DNA from: Chiloscyllium plagiosum
Taxonomy: Eukaryota
Direction of reading: 5' to 3'
Assembly (NCBI RefSeq): GCF_004010195.1
Contig: NC_057728.1
Span: forward strand, 41,321,870-41,360,197
Length of the DNA: 38,328 nt
Shown: piece by piece, positions 1-12,289 of the stretch
How the letters are laid out: each line of letters begins with the position of its first letter
Position numbering within the stretch: position 1 is the stretch's first letter
Notes under the pieces: model-generated
The model's database searches: none
What the model saw: the letters and a program-made list of their open reading frames with translations, nothing else
What the model was told of the DNA's origin: nothing
Translations under genes and position numbers: made by a program

Positions 1-85
1 GGCTAGTGTAGGTTAGGTGGGCTTGGAGCGGCGCAACATCGAGGGCCAAAGGGCCTGTACTGCGCTGTATTTTTCTATGTTCTAT
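1..85 (+). mobile_element. CR1 LINE 3' tail (runs off the window start)
   Basis: ggcgcaacatcgagggccaaagggcctgtactgcgctgta...ttctatgttctat closely matches the CR1 3' end at 2866-2909. Confidence 0.75.
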
Positions 86-164
86 TAAACATTGTTGCAT
101 CTGTCTCTTTTCTAAGAACAGTCCCAGCTTCTGGGATGCAGGAAATGTCAGGACGTAGAGTGAG

Positions 165-2909
165 TACTTGGAGCTGCAATGTTGTAGACATACAGAGACT
201 TGGATGTCACAGGGGCAGGAATGTTTGCTGGATTCTCCAGGGTTTAATTGGTTCAAAAGGAATAGGGAGGGAGGTAAAAGAGGTGGGGGAGTAGCAATGT
301 TAATCAGGGATAGTATCACAGCTGCGGAAAGGGAGGTCATCGAGGAGGGTTTGTCTACTGAGTCAGTATGGGTGGGAGTCAGAAACAGGGGAGTTTTCTA
401 TAGAACCCCAAAAGCAACAGAGACATGGAGGGGCAGATTGGGAGGCAGATTTTGGAAAGGTACAGAAGTAACAGGGTTGTTGTCATGGGTGACTTCAACT
501 TCCCTAATATTGATTGGAACCTCCTTAGGGCAAATAGTTTGAATGGAACAGATTTTGTCAGGTATGTCCAAGAAGGACTCCTGACTCAACATGTAAATAG
601 GAAAACTAGAGGGGAGGCCATATTGGATTTGCTGCTTGGCAATGAACCAGGTCAGGTGTCAGATCTCTCAGTAGGAGAGCATTTTGGTAATAGTGATCAC
701 AACTCTCTGACCTTTATTATAATCATGGAGAGAGACAAGAGCAGATGGTATGGGGGAATATTTAATTGGGGGAGGGGGAATTACAGAGCTATTGGGCAGG
801 AACTGTGGAGCATAAATTGGGAACAGATATTCTCAGGGAAATGCATGACAGAAATGTGGAGGCTATTTAGGGAGCACTTGCTGTGAGTGTTGGATAGGTT
901 TGTCCCAGTGAGCCAAGGAAAGGATGGTAGGGTGAAGGAACCTTTGATGACAAGAGATGTGGAACATTTAGTCAAGAGGAAGAAGGAAGTTTAAATAAGG
1001 TTGAAGAAGCAAGGATCAGACAGGGCTCTAGAGGGTTACAAGGTAACCAGGAAGAAACTGAAGAATGGACCTATGAGAGATAGAAAGAGGCATGAAAAAG
1101 CCTTGGCAGATAGGATTCAGGAAAACCCTAAGGTATTCTACATTTATGTGAGGAACAAGAGGATGGCCAGAGTGAGGTTAGGGCTGATCAGGATAGTGGA
1201 GGGAACATGTGCCTGGAGATAGAGGAAGTCCTTAATGATTACTTTGCTTCCGTATTCACTACTGAGGGACCTGGTCTTTGTGAGGACAGCATGAAACAGG
1301 CAGATGTGCTCGAACATGTTGATGTTAAGGAGGAGGAAATGCTGAAATGTTTGAAACACTTAAGAAAAGATAAGGCCTCTGGGCCAGACAGGATATACCC
1401 AAGGTTACTATGGGAAGCGAGGGAAGGGATTGCTGCACCTTTGGTGATGAGTTTTATGTATCATGTCTACTGTAGTACCAGATAATTGGAGGGTGACAAA
1501 TGTTATTCCCTTGTTCAAGAAAGGGAGTAGGGATAACCCTGGGAATTATAGACTAGTCAGTCTTACATTGGTGCTGGGAAAATTAGTTGGGGAGGATTCA
1601 GAGAGACAGGATTTATGATTATTTGGAAAAGCATAGATTAGAGATAATCAGCATTGCTTTGTGAGGGGTAGATCATACCTCAGAAACCTTATTGAATTCT
1701 TTGTGAATGTGACAAAACACATTTGAAAGAAGAGCAGTGGATGTGGTGTATATGGATTTTAGCGAGGCATTTGATAAGGTTCCCATGGTAGGCTAATTCA
1801 GAAAGTAAGGAGGCATGGGATACAGGGAAACTTGGCTGTCTGGATACAGAATTAGCTGGCCCATAGAAGACAGAAGGTGGTAGTAGATGGAAAGTATTCA
1901 GCCTAAAGCTTGGTGACCAGTGGTGTTCCGCAGGGATCTGTTTTGGGACCTCTGCTCTTTGCGATTTTTATAAATAACTTGAATGAAGATGCGGAAGGGT
2001 GTGTTAGTAAGTTTGCCAATGACACAAAGGTTGCTGGAGTTGTGGAGAGTGTAAAGGGGTTTGTAGGTTGCAACTGAACATTGACAAAATACAAAACTGG
2101 CTGAGAAGTGGCAGATGGAGTTCAGTCTGACAAAGTATGAAGTGATTCATTTTGGAAGGTCAAATTTGAATGCAAAATACAAGGTTAAAGGCAGGATTCT
2201 TGGCAGTGCGGAGGAACAGAGGGATCTTGGGGTCCACATCCATAGATCTCTCTGAGTTGCCACCCAAGTTGATCGGGTTATTACGGCATATAGTGTCTTG
2301 GCTTTCATTAGCAGGGAGATTACGTTTAAGAGCTGCTAGGTTATGCTGCAGTTCTGTAAGGCCCACACGTTATAGACCACACTTGGAGTACTGTGTTCAT
2401 TTCCAATCGCCTCATTCTCGGAAGGATGTGCAAGCTTTAGAGAAGGTACAGAGGAGATTTCAGGAAGCTGCCTGGCCAGGAGGGTATGTCTTATGAAGAA
2501 AAGTTGAGGGAGCTAGGGTTTTTCGCATTGGAGCAAAGAAGGGTGAGAGGTGTACAAGCTGATGAAAGGCATAGATAGAGGGGATAGCTAGAGACTTTTT
2601 CCTTGGGTGGAAATAGCTATCACAAGGAGACATAATTTTAAGGGATTGGAGGAAGGTTTCGGGGAGATGTGAGACGTAGATTCTTTACACAGAGTGGTGG
2701 GCGCATGGAATGCATTGCCAGCAGCGGTGGTAGAGTCAGATACATTAGGGACATTTAAGTGACTCTTTAAAGAGGAGCTAGGTTCCTGTAATTGGATTGG
2801 CACATGGATGATAGTAAAATGTAAGGTATGTAGGTTAGTTTGATCTTCGAGTACGATAAAAGGTCGGCACAACATCGAGGGCTGAAGGCCCTGTACTGTT
2901 CTATGTTCT
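165..2909 (+). mobile_element. Degenerate 5'-truncated CR1 LINE (ORF2 APE endonuclease + reverse transcriptase, multiple stops/frameshifts), intronic in GRIP1
   Basis: ORF pieces carry APE motifs (VVMGDFNFPNIDW, ILDLLL, GNSDH). RT motifs: [55 protein letters not shown]. Ends in a CR1 3' UTR with ttctatg tail. Confidence 0.92.
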
Positions 2910-3174
2910 CCAATCCATTCATACAACTAAAATTCCTTATCATTGTAACAATTGTTCAAATGCAACCTGTACTCGAGAAAAGATGTGAAGACATTAAAGG
3001 GCATTGCACAGAATTTGGACATAATCTACAGTTGAGGCCATAGTGTTTGTAAATATTCTGCATAACAGCGATTGATACAGTAAAACAATGTAATTTCTCA
3101 AAGTTTTTTGGACATCAAAACTGCACCCTGCATACAGTTTTTAATTACGTATTTTTTATTTGGACAACTTTCAG

Positions 3175-3286
3175 ATATGTAGGTGGTCATGATGGCTTAG
3201 AAACAGATCAGGAAGAAAACTTTTGGTCCCAGGCTCTAGAAGATTTGGAGACCTGTGGTCAATCAGGAATCCTGAGAGAATTGGAG
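3175..3286 (+). CDS. GRIP1: GRIP1 internal exon ([37 protein letters not shown])
   Basis: tttcag|A acceptor and GAG|gtaata donor. The peptide matches the conserved GRIP1 [25 protein letters not shown] segment. Not in the ORF track. Confidence 0.93.
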
Positions 3287-3816
3287 GTAATAAGGCTTTG
3301 TTCTTTGGTATGCATAGACTGTCACCATTTCAGACCAATAATATTAAATGAATGAGTCAAAGTTTTGCATCAGCATTTTTTCTTTAGCTTGTATATGGTC
3401 TTAATGATTACAGGAACCTAGCTCCTCTTTAAAGAAGGCTGGCAACCAAAACCAACTGAATTTGAAAAACTTGGCTATATTGGTACATTTTTTGACTGTT
3501 TAGTATTGCAGTGAGGTAGTAATTTTTAAGATTGTACAGTTTCTAATAGTTTTTTTTTGCTTAAAACTAACTAAAATTAACAGCTAATAATTCAAAACTG
3601 ACAATTCTTACTTTTAATCCTTCCTAACACAAACCCCATATAGTGTTAAAATATTAATACAAGCATTATGCAACTAATTCTCTACATCAACTCAAATGTG
3701 TGAATGTAACTACGTACAGTTTTTCTAACTCTCACAAACATTGCTAATAAGAGTTCCCTACTTACCTCATTTTTCGGGATGTTGAACTTTTACAGCTTTG
3801 TTATTTAATCCAACAG

Positions 3817-4053
3817 GCGACAATCATGTCTGGGAGCGCACTGAGTCTTAATCATGAAAACAGCATGACACACAGGCCGCTGGGGAGACAGTCCAGCTTC
3901 CAAGAGAGAAATCCTGTCAGGGTTCATTACACCCAGAATTCCCGTAGCAACACTCTACCGTCAGATGGTGGGAGATCGAAGTTGCTTGCTATTAGAAAGA
4001 TCAAGCAAGAAATGAAAGAAATCATGTCACCAACACCAGTGGAGTTGCACAAG
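3817..4053 (+). CDS. GRIP1: GRIP1 exon ([14 protein letters not shown]...[14 protein letters not shown])
   Basis: caacag|GCG acceptor, AAG|gtttta donor, 237 nt, phase 0-0. Matches GRIP1 LGRQx[13 protein letters not shown] and [11 protein letters not shown]. Confidence 0.95.
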
Positions 4054-4334
4054 GTTTTAGATTTCATAAAATATGATCATTCTAGTGGTGTTTGTGTTTC
4101 TCAATTCAGATGTGTTCCTTTATAGAAACTGACATTGAAAATTGAATTATCAATTTTACTATTTGCATAAATTAGACTAGCAAAAATCAATTGTTTTCAT
4201 GACTCGTAAAGCTAGACTTGGAAGTAGATCTGTTTTGTAATTTGCTTTCAAATAGAAAGGACAGCTTATTCAAATAATGTTGCACATTGTTCTCTGCTTG
4301 ATAGTTTTTGTAGTGTTCCAGTAAAACAGCTGGA

Positions 4335-4455
4335 TAAACTAAGAGCAGAATACTGGAAATCTGAAATGAAAGTGTTGGTGTTGGAGGAACCCAGGTCTGA
4401 CAGCATCTATGAAGGAAGAAACAGATGTAATATCTTGATTCCAATGTGACTCTTG
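4335..4455. mobile_element. Decayed Penelope-terminus-type short repeat (family B) in a GRIP1 intron
   Basis: ctggaaatctgaaa...caggtctgacagcatctatgaaggaagaaacaga resembles copies at 7925, 17845 and 32500. Confidence 0.55.
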
Positions 4456-4671
4456 AGAACTGAAAGGGGCTGGGAAGTGGTTTTTAAGCTATTGGCAACC
4501 ACTTTAGGTTCTGAAGTCTCATCAGATGTTGCCACACCTGTCACATTTACCCAGCACTTTCTTCATTGCAAAAACCAGTACACCTCCCAAACAAGATGCA
4601 CACTGTACATTGATTCTGTACCAATTGGAAAGTTACCAATTGATTAAGTACCTTCTTGAAATCTTTCTTAG

Positions 4672-4818
4672 GTAACCCTCTATAAAGATTCAGATATTGA
4701 GGATTTTGGATTCAGTGTTTCAGATGGCCTGCTTGAGAAAGGTGTGTATGTCAACAACATTCGCCCAAATGGACCAGCTGCCCTTGGTGGTGTCAAACCC
4801 TACGACAGGTTGTTGCAG
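4672..4818 (+). CDS. GRIP1: GRIP1 exon, N-half of PDZ7 ([49 protein letters not shown])
   Basis: ttcttag|GTA acceptor, CAG|gtataa donor, 147 nt in frame. PDZ carboxylate-binding loop DFGF. Confidence 0.95.
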
Positions 4819-4946
4819 GTATAATAGATTCAATAATGAAATTCAATAACTGTATAAATCACTCGGGGAAAAAAATCTTGTGGCTATATGTATTATTTGA
4901 AAGTAGAGACTGAAAGATTGGTGTTGGCTTTATTTCCTTCCAACAG

Positions 4947-5186
4947 GTAAATCACATCCGTACGAGAGATTTTGACTGCTGTCTGGTGGTGCCTCTCATA
5001 GCAGATTCTGGCAATAAACTTGAGTTGGTCATCAGCAGAAACCCACTGGCCTTTCAGGAGGTGCTCTCGGTAGATCAGACGTTCCAAGCAGGAGAATGGA
5101 GTGAGCAAGACGAAGCTCATGTTTTCAGGCAGCAGAAGGGAAGACTCGGTAGTACAGACATACAGGAGAATACCAATACATTGTAG
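4947..5186 (+). CDS. GRIP1: GRIP1 last coding exon ([33 protein letters not shown]...ENTNTL*)
   Basis: caacag|GTA acceptor after a 128-nt intron. TAG at 5184-5186. C-terminal TNTL as in mammalian GRIP1. Confidence 0.95.
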   Translation, partial: VNHIRTRDFDCCLVVPLIADSGNKLELVISRNPLAFQEVLSVDQTFQAGEWSEQDEAHVFRQQKGRLGSTDIQENTNTL

Positions 5187-6875
5187 TGCAATGCATTCAG
5201 TCCAATAGGCTGAAGTATTGTCTATACTTTTATGGTGCTAACTCACTTTAACATTCATTTGTGGAACACCTGCCTTTTCAGTCTGTCATTCATGTCTCTC
5301 AAGTTCCAAGCACAGATTTCATAAATCAGGAGAAACCTATTTTTTTTTAAGACCCCCTCCCCTCAACACCACAAATGACAAAAAAAGACTTGTTAACAGG
5401 TTTGACAAAACTGTGAAACATAACTAAGCCAGTCTATGCAGGGCACAGCCATGAAACAAAACCTGTGCACTATTATGCCAAGAGTAGTTTATTTTTTCCT
5501 GGTGATTACTGTCCAAATTCTTTTTAAAAATTAACCTTTTTATTGATGTTGCCAGCTGGTTACTGGACAAAAAATATACATGCTGCATAAAATGTAAAAT
5601 GAGCCTTTTTAATTAAATTGAAAATCGTGATTATATTCCAAAGCTATTGATGCAGCAATCCCTAGTGAAATGTAGATGTTTAAAAGGGTCTAAACTGCAC
5701 AGACAATGTTCAATCAGTCTTCACTCAGTTGGTATCTAACCTGAAGGCTTCATTCTTGGGGCAGTTATCTTTTAACAGAATTCTCACGGGGAAGCAGTAC
5801 GAGCCTTACAATGCGATCCTTAGCTCTGATTTCCAGAAATATTTAAAATCACAATGCTCAGACTTGAATATTGAGGAATTCCTTCTACAAACTGCAAAAA
5901 TGAGAGAATGATAGCTAAGACTTCATTCTTGATCTTTCAAAGCACTGCACTGACTTGCAAAAGGAGAATGCTAATTGCTGGGAAAAAAAGTAAAACACCA
6001 TTCCTGTTTAAAAAAAAACAAATAACCACAGGTGACCTTCTCTTTACCAGGATTTTGTGGCCTCATCTTTTACCATGGAGATTCTAAAATTACCACCATG
6101 ACAGTAACTCTTGACATATACACCTGCCATTTCAGATTATTAAGTCTTAATATTAATCCATTAATCCAAATAGGTAATCCTAAACCTGTTCATTTATGTG
6201 TCTTCTACATGTTAAGGTCCATGATTAACACATTTGTATTTGTAAAAGGTTGACTTTGTAAATCAGTAAAACTGAAATATGAACTCTACTTTGATGTACA
6301 TGAATTTCAAGGCTGGTTAAATGTTAGTATTATTGTTGGTTGTGCCTCACTTCAGTGAATCAAACGTACCAGGTTAGATGTTAACTTCCACCATCAGGTG
6401 AAATCTTACCATGAAAAGGTGCAATGGGCAGAATCTAGTGCACTTGATCAATGAAAAGCAAACTTTTTACCACTGGTTGGAAAACCTAAAATCTACACCT
6501 GACACCTAAGAAATAGAGAGCAGCTGTACCCTGCTTTGATCCATTTAAACTTTCGAACACTGAAGAATACATCCATTATGTTAAAGTTTTCCTGCCTAAC
6601 ACTATGATTCATATTTAGAACAAACACTGCCAACAACAGATATAGACAGTTCGACTCTCGGCAAACTTGAATCAAATCTGTCATACTAATGTCCTTTGGA
6701 CAATGTATTTTTATTTGTAACAGACAAGTATTATAAACTGTAAAGTATTTTTGTACAAATTTCCTACTTTGGTAGCATGATATTTATCGTCCTCTTAAGG
6801 TTTTGGGAATCTTCACTGCTAATTTGTAAGGGATATGCAAGATGAAATAAAACAGTAAAAGCATACATGACTGCA
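5187..6875 (+). other. GRIP1: Probable GRIP1 3' UTR (~1.7 kb, AT-rich, no recognisable repeats)
   Basis: Follows the stop codon and ends near AATAAA at 6846-6851. The 3' end is inferred. Confidence 0.65.
6846..6851 (+). terminator. Candidate GRIP1 polyadenylation signal AATAAA
   Basis: gatgaAATAAAacag, preceded by U-rich and UGUA elements (6700-6760). Confidence 0.6.
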
Positions 6876-7025
6876 GTAGTCTAGTTTACCTAAAATACAA
6901 ATACAGTATAAGATACATTACTGTTTGGTAGTGATCAGAGATGGATGTCAAAATTAAACACTTTTCTGCAAAATGATCTTTTAAGGAAATGAAATAATGA
7001 ATATTCTGTCTTTTTAAACATTATT

Positions 7026-7031
7026 TTTATT
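7026..7031 (-). terminator. Candidate HELB polyadenylation signal AATAAA
   Basis: tttatt on +, about 220 nt downstream of the HELB stop codon. Confidence 0.6.
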
Positions 7032-7252
7032 CATGGTAATTGGTGGTAATTGACGAAACAGAATCAGATCACATTTTTAAACAAGTTAATCTTACAAGTC
7101 AGTGCAAATTGTTCTCCTAAAACCAGTTTAAAAATACTATTGTTAGAACCTCCAACTTCTTCACAACATTAAATCTCCTCCATGAAAGCATGCTACTCCT
7201 TTAACTTATTGCACATTTCCTCTTTTTTTGGGGGGTTTGGCATCATCTCATT

Positions 7253-7366
7253 TCAATTTTCTTCTTTGAAAAGCTGCTTTACTTTCAAGTTGTGTCTTGG
7301 GGGTGAGTAGTCAAGTGCCAGCTGCCTAAACATCTTACAGGCAAGAGGTGATTCCACCAAGGATAT
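7253..7366 (-). CDS. HELB: HELB exon 13, last (ISLVESPLACKMFRQLALDYSPPRHNLKVKQLFKEEN*)
   Basis: ttttgttttgtag acceptor, phase 0, TGA at 7255-7253. Resembles the human C-terminus (VESP...RQLFK). Not in the ORF track. Confidence 0.85.
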   Translation of the reverse strand: MSLVESPLACKMFRQLALDYSPPRHNLKVKQLFKEEN

Positions 7367-7924
7367 CTACAAAACAAAATACATTTGGCTGAGTGCATAA
7401 GATAGGTACTTAAATTCCCAACCGCAATACTATCAATGGTTCTTAGCATTCGTTGGCACCAGCATCAAAAATCTTCAGTTATTTTTCCTTTAGTTATAAG
7501 AAGAAGCCAAGATTTAGTATCTAGAACTTTTAGCAGCTTGACAATTCCACACTATATTGATATTCTATGTCACGTCTTTGACCAGGATAACCATTAGTGC
7601 AGGAATCAAGAACCATAAAAACCCAACAACGTGGAAGCAGTACTAACCACCACTAACCAAGGAAATTACCTCGGGTGCATTACAGAAATACCAACTGGTA
7701 AGTGCTTAATGGATAACATGTTTAGAGATGTGGTCAATTTCCATCTTAACTGTATGCAGGGAAAGTGAGAATAGGTGACTACCAGATAGTACAGAAGACC
7801 CTGAGGTGGGTGACAAAATAGCATGTCAGATTGGTACCGTTTTCATAAAAGATAAATGTGGTTCTGTCTACAGAATTTAGGGTATTTGGTTCCAATCGGC
7901 TAGCAGAACCTTAAAGCAGTAAAA

Positions 7925-8095
7925 ATGGAAAACAATAAAAATGCAGCACCTGTAGCAGCATCCATAGAGAAAGAAACAGAGTTAACAATTTGAGTCTGAT
8001 ATCACAGATGCTGCCAGACTAGCTGAGTTTCTCCAGCACTGGTTTTTGTCATATTTTCCAACATTTTGTTCTTGATCTCAAAAGTTGTAATATCC
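7925..8095. mobile_element. Decayed palindromic Penelope-terminus-type element (family B)
   Basis: Arm gcagcatccatagagaaagaaacagagttaac is followed by the inverted arm cacagatgctgccagactagctgagtttctccagca. Confidence 0.6.
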
Positions 8096-8801
8096 AAATC
8101 ACTCGCCATACCACACAAATGATTACAGCAATGAATATAAAGGAAGATGAATGGACTGCTGGGAAGTGGTACATGAGGGAGGGATTGGGAACCAGCTCTG
8201 TGGAACACTGCATCTGTCCAGGCCTGATGAGTAGCACCCAATCAGAGCTGGAATCAATTTCCACATGGGGCAATTTACTGGTGTTGCAGGAGAAAGTTTA
8301 AACTAAGTTGGCAAGTGTTTTGCGAACCAAGAGGCAACATCTGAGGGAACACCAGAGTGCAGAAACATTGGGAAAGATAGACATCACAATGTCATTAGAC
8401 AATTGAGTGTAAGAGAGAAGGTCAAAAAGCCTAAAGTTACAGTGCGGCAATTTAGATCAGTGAGTTATGACAACGAAGAAGGGTCACCAGACTCAAGTTT
8501 GCCGCATCCAGGGAGAGAAAGCAGAGTTTCTACAGCAATTTTTCTGTTTTGGTTTCTCTCATTGGTTCTAATGAAATACTAATAAGTATAACACTATGGA
8601 GAATACCTTCACATAAATTACAGTTGCTCAGGAGTTAAACTAAAAAAAGAGTTGTCACTAGTGCTGTGGACTAATGTTCCCTTCAATAATTTTTACCCGG
8701 AACACTGCTGTGCTTAAGGCATCTTTCCACGTGACAAAAAAATCAACTATGGTCCAATATTAATTATTCAGACATTTACACCAGCTCACAGATAGTATTA
8801 C

Positions 8802-9482
8802 CTTCGAGCATTTTTGTGGTGATTTCTCATCTTCCACAGTATTACCAATTCTCTTACTGCCACAAGACCAAGGTGTTGAAACTTTATTAGAACTTGCGAC
8901 CTCCTCTCCAGTCATTGTGACTGGAATATCACTTGTGGTTCCACCACTAGTTTGAAGAGAGCTGCTGTGCACAGCTGTTGTACTTTTCAGCACCTCACAG
9001 TCCCTGTTTTCAAACTCCAGACTTTGAGGTGACCAACTGTAATCTTGTGCAAATGCCAGATCCGCTGAGAAGGAGTCACCTTCCTGAGGATCCATTTTGC
9101 CATTGTCCTTTCTTCTTTCATTGGCTGTGCAGAACACAGAGTCATCCACTACTTGGACAGAAGGCATTAGTGAATCGAACTGTGCTGAGGCCGCTACTTC
9201 AGGTGTGGAAGGCACTCTCAAAAGCACGCTACATGGTTCCTGCTTGGTCAGTAATCCTGCAGTTTTTGAAGTGGATTCCATTTCTCGTATTTTCTCTTGC
9301 AGCAATTCACGCAGTCGGGTGTTTCTGTGAGGGCTTTTGGCCGTCACTGCTTTAATAAAGTCGTCCTCAGCAGTAACAACATAGACACGCTGGCGCCCTC
9401 GTGTGACTGCAGTATAGATGTGCTGCCAGTTCTGTCTTCCTGCTGATCCTACAACATACACAACTGTGGCAGCTTCAGAACC
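8802..9482 (-). CDS. HELB: HELB exon 12 ([12 protein letters not shown]...[14 protein letters not shown]...SPQKCSK)
   Basis: gattttag|GGT acceptor, AAG|gtaata donor, 681 nt. Helicase motifs V/VI followed by an SP/TP-containing tail. Confidence 0.93.
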
Positions 9483-9795
9483 CTAAAATCAAAGGGGCGA
9501 TACATTAGAGGTGTTCTAAAGATTAGGGTTCAACAGAATTTATTACATACTAGAAATGACGCTAGACTGTGAGTCAGCTAGAAATGCTGAAATTAGTTGT
9601 GGTATTCATAGATAAAGGATAAATCATTGCAGTTTCATTTCCTAGAAAATGATTAGATAAATGTCCTACACAATCAAACAATTGATGACCGGTCATCCAC
9701 ATGAAACATTATTCCTCTTTTCAAAGATGCTGTTGGAGCTGCAGAGTATGTTCTGATTTTTATTTCAAGTGTCCCTTCTGCTATTTTATTTTGAG

Positions 9796-9838
9796 GACCG
9801 AAGGGTCTGTTTCTATGTTGTACATCTCTATGACTCTA
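9796..9838 (+). mobile_element. Very short CR1 3' tail
   Basis: gaccgaagggtctgtttctatgttgtacatctctatgactcta, near-identical to 35014-35056. Confidence 0.65.
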
Positions 9839-10254
9839 ATTACAATTAAAACAACTTACTACCTAGACTTATCTTATTAGAAATCATTATTTCTTCAACT
9901 ACTGGACTAAACTGCCAATTATGAACTGAGAGACAGTAAAAGGAATCAAAATGATACAGTATTTGGACAAGATTTATTTGAGTCAAAGGGTAACTCATGA
10001 ATATAGCCCAAACTAAGAGTCACAGTGTCACAGCTACCACACCACAGAAAGAAGCCCTTTAGTCATCAAGCACATAGCCACTCTCATCTCATTTACCGTC
10101 ACTTGGCCTTGCATCCTGTGGAGTTAAGTAAGTGTTTGCCTAAATACTACTATATATTTAATGCTTAACCATTCCAACATTTAAAGTCAAACCGGTGAAA
10201 GTGCAGCTTGGTGTACAAACAGATAACAAATGAATTGATAGCTCCTTTCCTTAC

Positions 10255-10401
10255 CTGAAAAGTATGGATTGTTTTGGCCCAAGCATGTTGCAATCTGCAC
10301 TCTTTCATTACACTTTTATAGTTCACTAATATTTGCCGACTATCCTTATCATCCAGTAGCAAATAATGAAAGCTTTGGTTCTTGACTTGTTCAATTTTAT
10401 A
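10255..10401 (-). CDS. HELB: HELB exon 11 (YKIEQVK...LQHAWAKTIHTFQ)
   Basis: tttgcag acceptor, CAG|gtaagg donor, 147 nt. Confidence 0.92.
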
Positions 10402-11410
10402 CTGCAAACCAAACAAAACAATTTTTAAAAATCCATCCAAATGTAAGAAACAGACTAATTTTAATTGGTGTGCATTGGCAAAATCAATTACATGCATTGT
10501 GCTCTGCCTGAATTTCTTTTCCTTGGAAGCAACATGTGCAAAAAGTGATCAATTTGCTATTTATTGTCTGGGGAGAAAGATTAAAATTACTAACTTATGA
10601 AGTATATTATAACTTAAATTCTTCGCATTCTAAATATGATTTAGTGAGAATTAGCTAGTGAGTTACTGCCTGTTTTCTACTGCTACCCCTGGATCCTACA
10701 AATTCTCCAATTTCTTAAACTGCGTTGATTTTTGCTGGGACACAGTTCATAGGCGCCAGCGAGCTTTCACTGGCCAGCCCAAGTACCTATTTCTCATGCC
10801 TCTGTCCAATATTCTTCACAATGAGTCCATTGCATTTTACCCAAGTCATGTTCTTCCTATCTTCTCACTTTCCTTCTTCTTCCACACAAACCTGACCCCT
10901 GCAGCATTAAACATGCACATCTTTCACACCCTCTAGCTGAGCTCAAATTCTGACCAGAACCAAATACTACTACTTTTTTCCTTAGCCAAGGCACTCCATT
11001 AGTTAAAGAAAGCATCAGTATTTCAAAAAATTCCTTCTAACTTTAGAATATCCCAAACACAACAGGAGTGCTAAAAATATTTAATACAGGTAAATGCAAA
11101 ATAATATCATTTTAAAAATCTAATTTAGTAAACAGATGGTTGTAAGGAAATAAGACTAAATTTTTTAACTATGTGCAAAATGGTCACTATTAAAAGCAAA
11201 TTAGTAACTACAGATCGTTCTGTTATGACACGACATTTGCATTCCTCTGCAACCTCGTGCTATCAAAAATCACGTTGTGGAATATCCCCATATCTATTCA
11301 GTAAAATGTTCATGTTATCCAAACAGCGTCCACAATTAGTCAACTGTGTTATGGTCAATTTGCATTGATTAAGTGTGCGTTATACCAGAACAACTTGTAC
11401 ATGGCTCTAC

Positions 11411-11576
11411 CTCAGCGATAAAAAAGATTTCTCCATTACAAAGACGAACTCGTTTCTCTTCTTTTGATTCTGACTTTGTCTGCGCCTCTGATTGTTGTGT
11501 AAAGTCTCTGACATATCCATTCTTTGAACAGCACACTTTGTCCCCAACTTGGAAATCAATCTTGTTTTTATGATTT
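11411..11576 (-). CDS. HELB: HELB exon 10 (NHKNKIDFQVGDKVCCSKN...RLCNGEIFFIAE)
   Basis: tatttcag acceptor, GAG|gtagag donor, 166 nt, phase 2 to 0. RecD-like GDKV and NGE motifs. Confidence 0.9.
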
Positions 11577-12289
11577 CTGAAATACAATCAAAATTTGTGC
11601 AACTTGATCACTGGAAAACAGTTTATCAAAAATTTCATTACTGCAGCATGATCTCCACTGTATAATGCACATGACAAACCATGAGCTTAAGCATAGTGGA
11701 GGCAGGATGTCCAAAGTACTGGAATAAGTCAGTGTTATGAATTTTTGCATATCTTTCCAAAATAATCATTTGTACTCCGTTCTCCATCTTCACACTATTC
11801 ACATAATTATTCACACCTTCAGGGTCTGGAAGGATGTTCGTTGTGCAGATAACATTATATGCAAGTTAAACTTTAAAAGAGAATAGCAGCAATTAAAAAA
11901 GGAGGCAATAGAATAAAGCAACTTATTTTTATAGCTTTTGAAAAGGCTCAAAGTGATCTGAACTCATTTGGCAGTGTGCCAGGAAGTAACAAGCAACAAC
12001 TTGGGTAAAGAAAACCCAATGTACTAGGATGCATTCTGTGGGGAAGTGGCAAAGAATTCCAGCACCCTAAACCATATTTGCTCGTATCTGAAGTGAAAGT
12101 GAAGCTGGATGAGGTGGGATTAAAATCAACCAAATTTAATTATTTTAGAGAACTAATGAGTTCACTATTCAACACTGCTTCAAAAAGAAAAGCAAGTTGG
12201 GATAATGAAGTACTGATATTCTCCACATGAAAAACAAGAAAACCAAAACATTTTAGATGTTTCATTCTGGGATTAAAAAAAAATTCCTC

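Noticed and set aside
168..2496. Series of ORFs as a cellular gene or active LINE
   Set aside because: They are frameshifted, stop-interrupted pieces of one CR1 ORF2.
3287..3816. Alternative GRIP1 segment (EKADRRVSLRNMTLL in a human isoform, from recall)
   Set aside because: No matching coding stretch was seen in this intron. The exons join in frame as ELE-ATIM.
5729..6684. Short ORFs (60-73 aa) downstream of GRIP1
   Set aside because: They lie in the AT-rich 3' UTR, have no motifs, and are of chance length.
8760..8801. HELB ending by read-through at the ORF-track stop ([13 protein letters not shown])
   Set aside because: A good donor at 8801 and an in-frame conserved terminal exon at 7366-7253 explain the end better.
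8978..9355. Plus-strand ORFs over HELB exon 12 (likewise 22929-23198, 30937-31215, 11373-11573)
   Set aside because: Antisense shadows of real coding exons.
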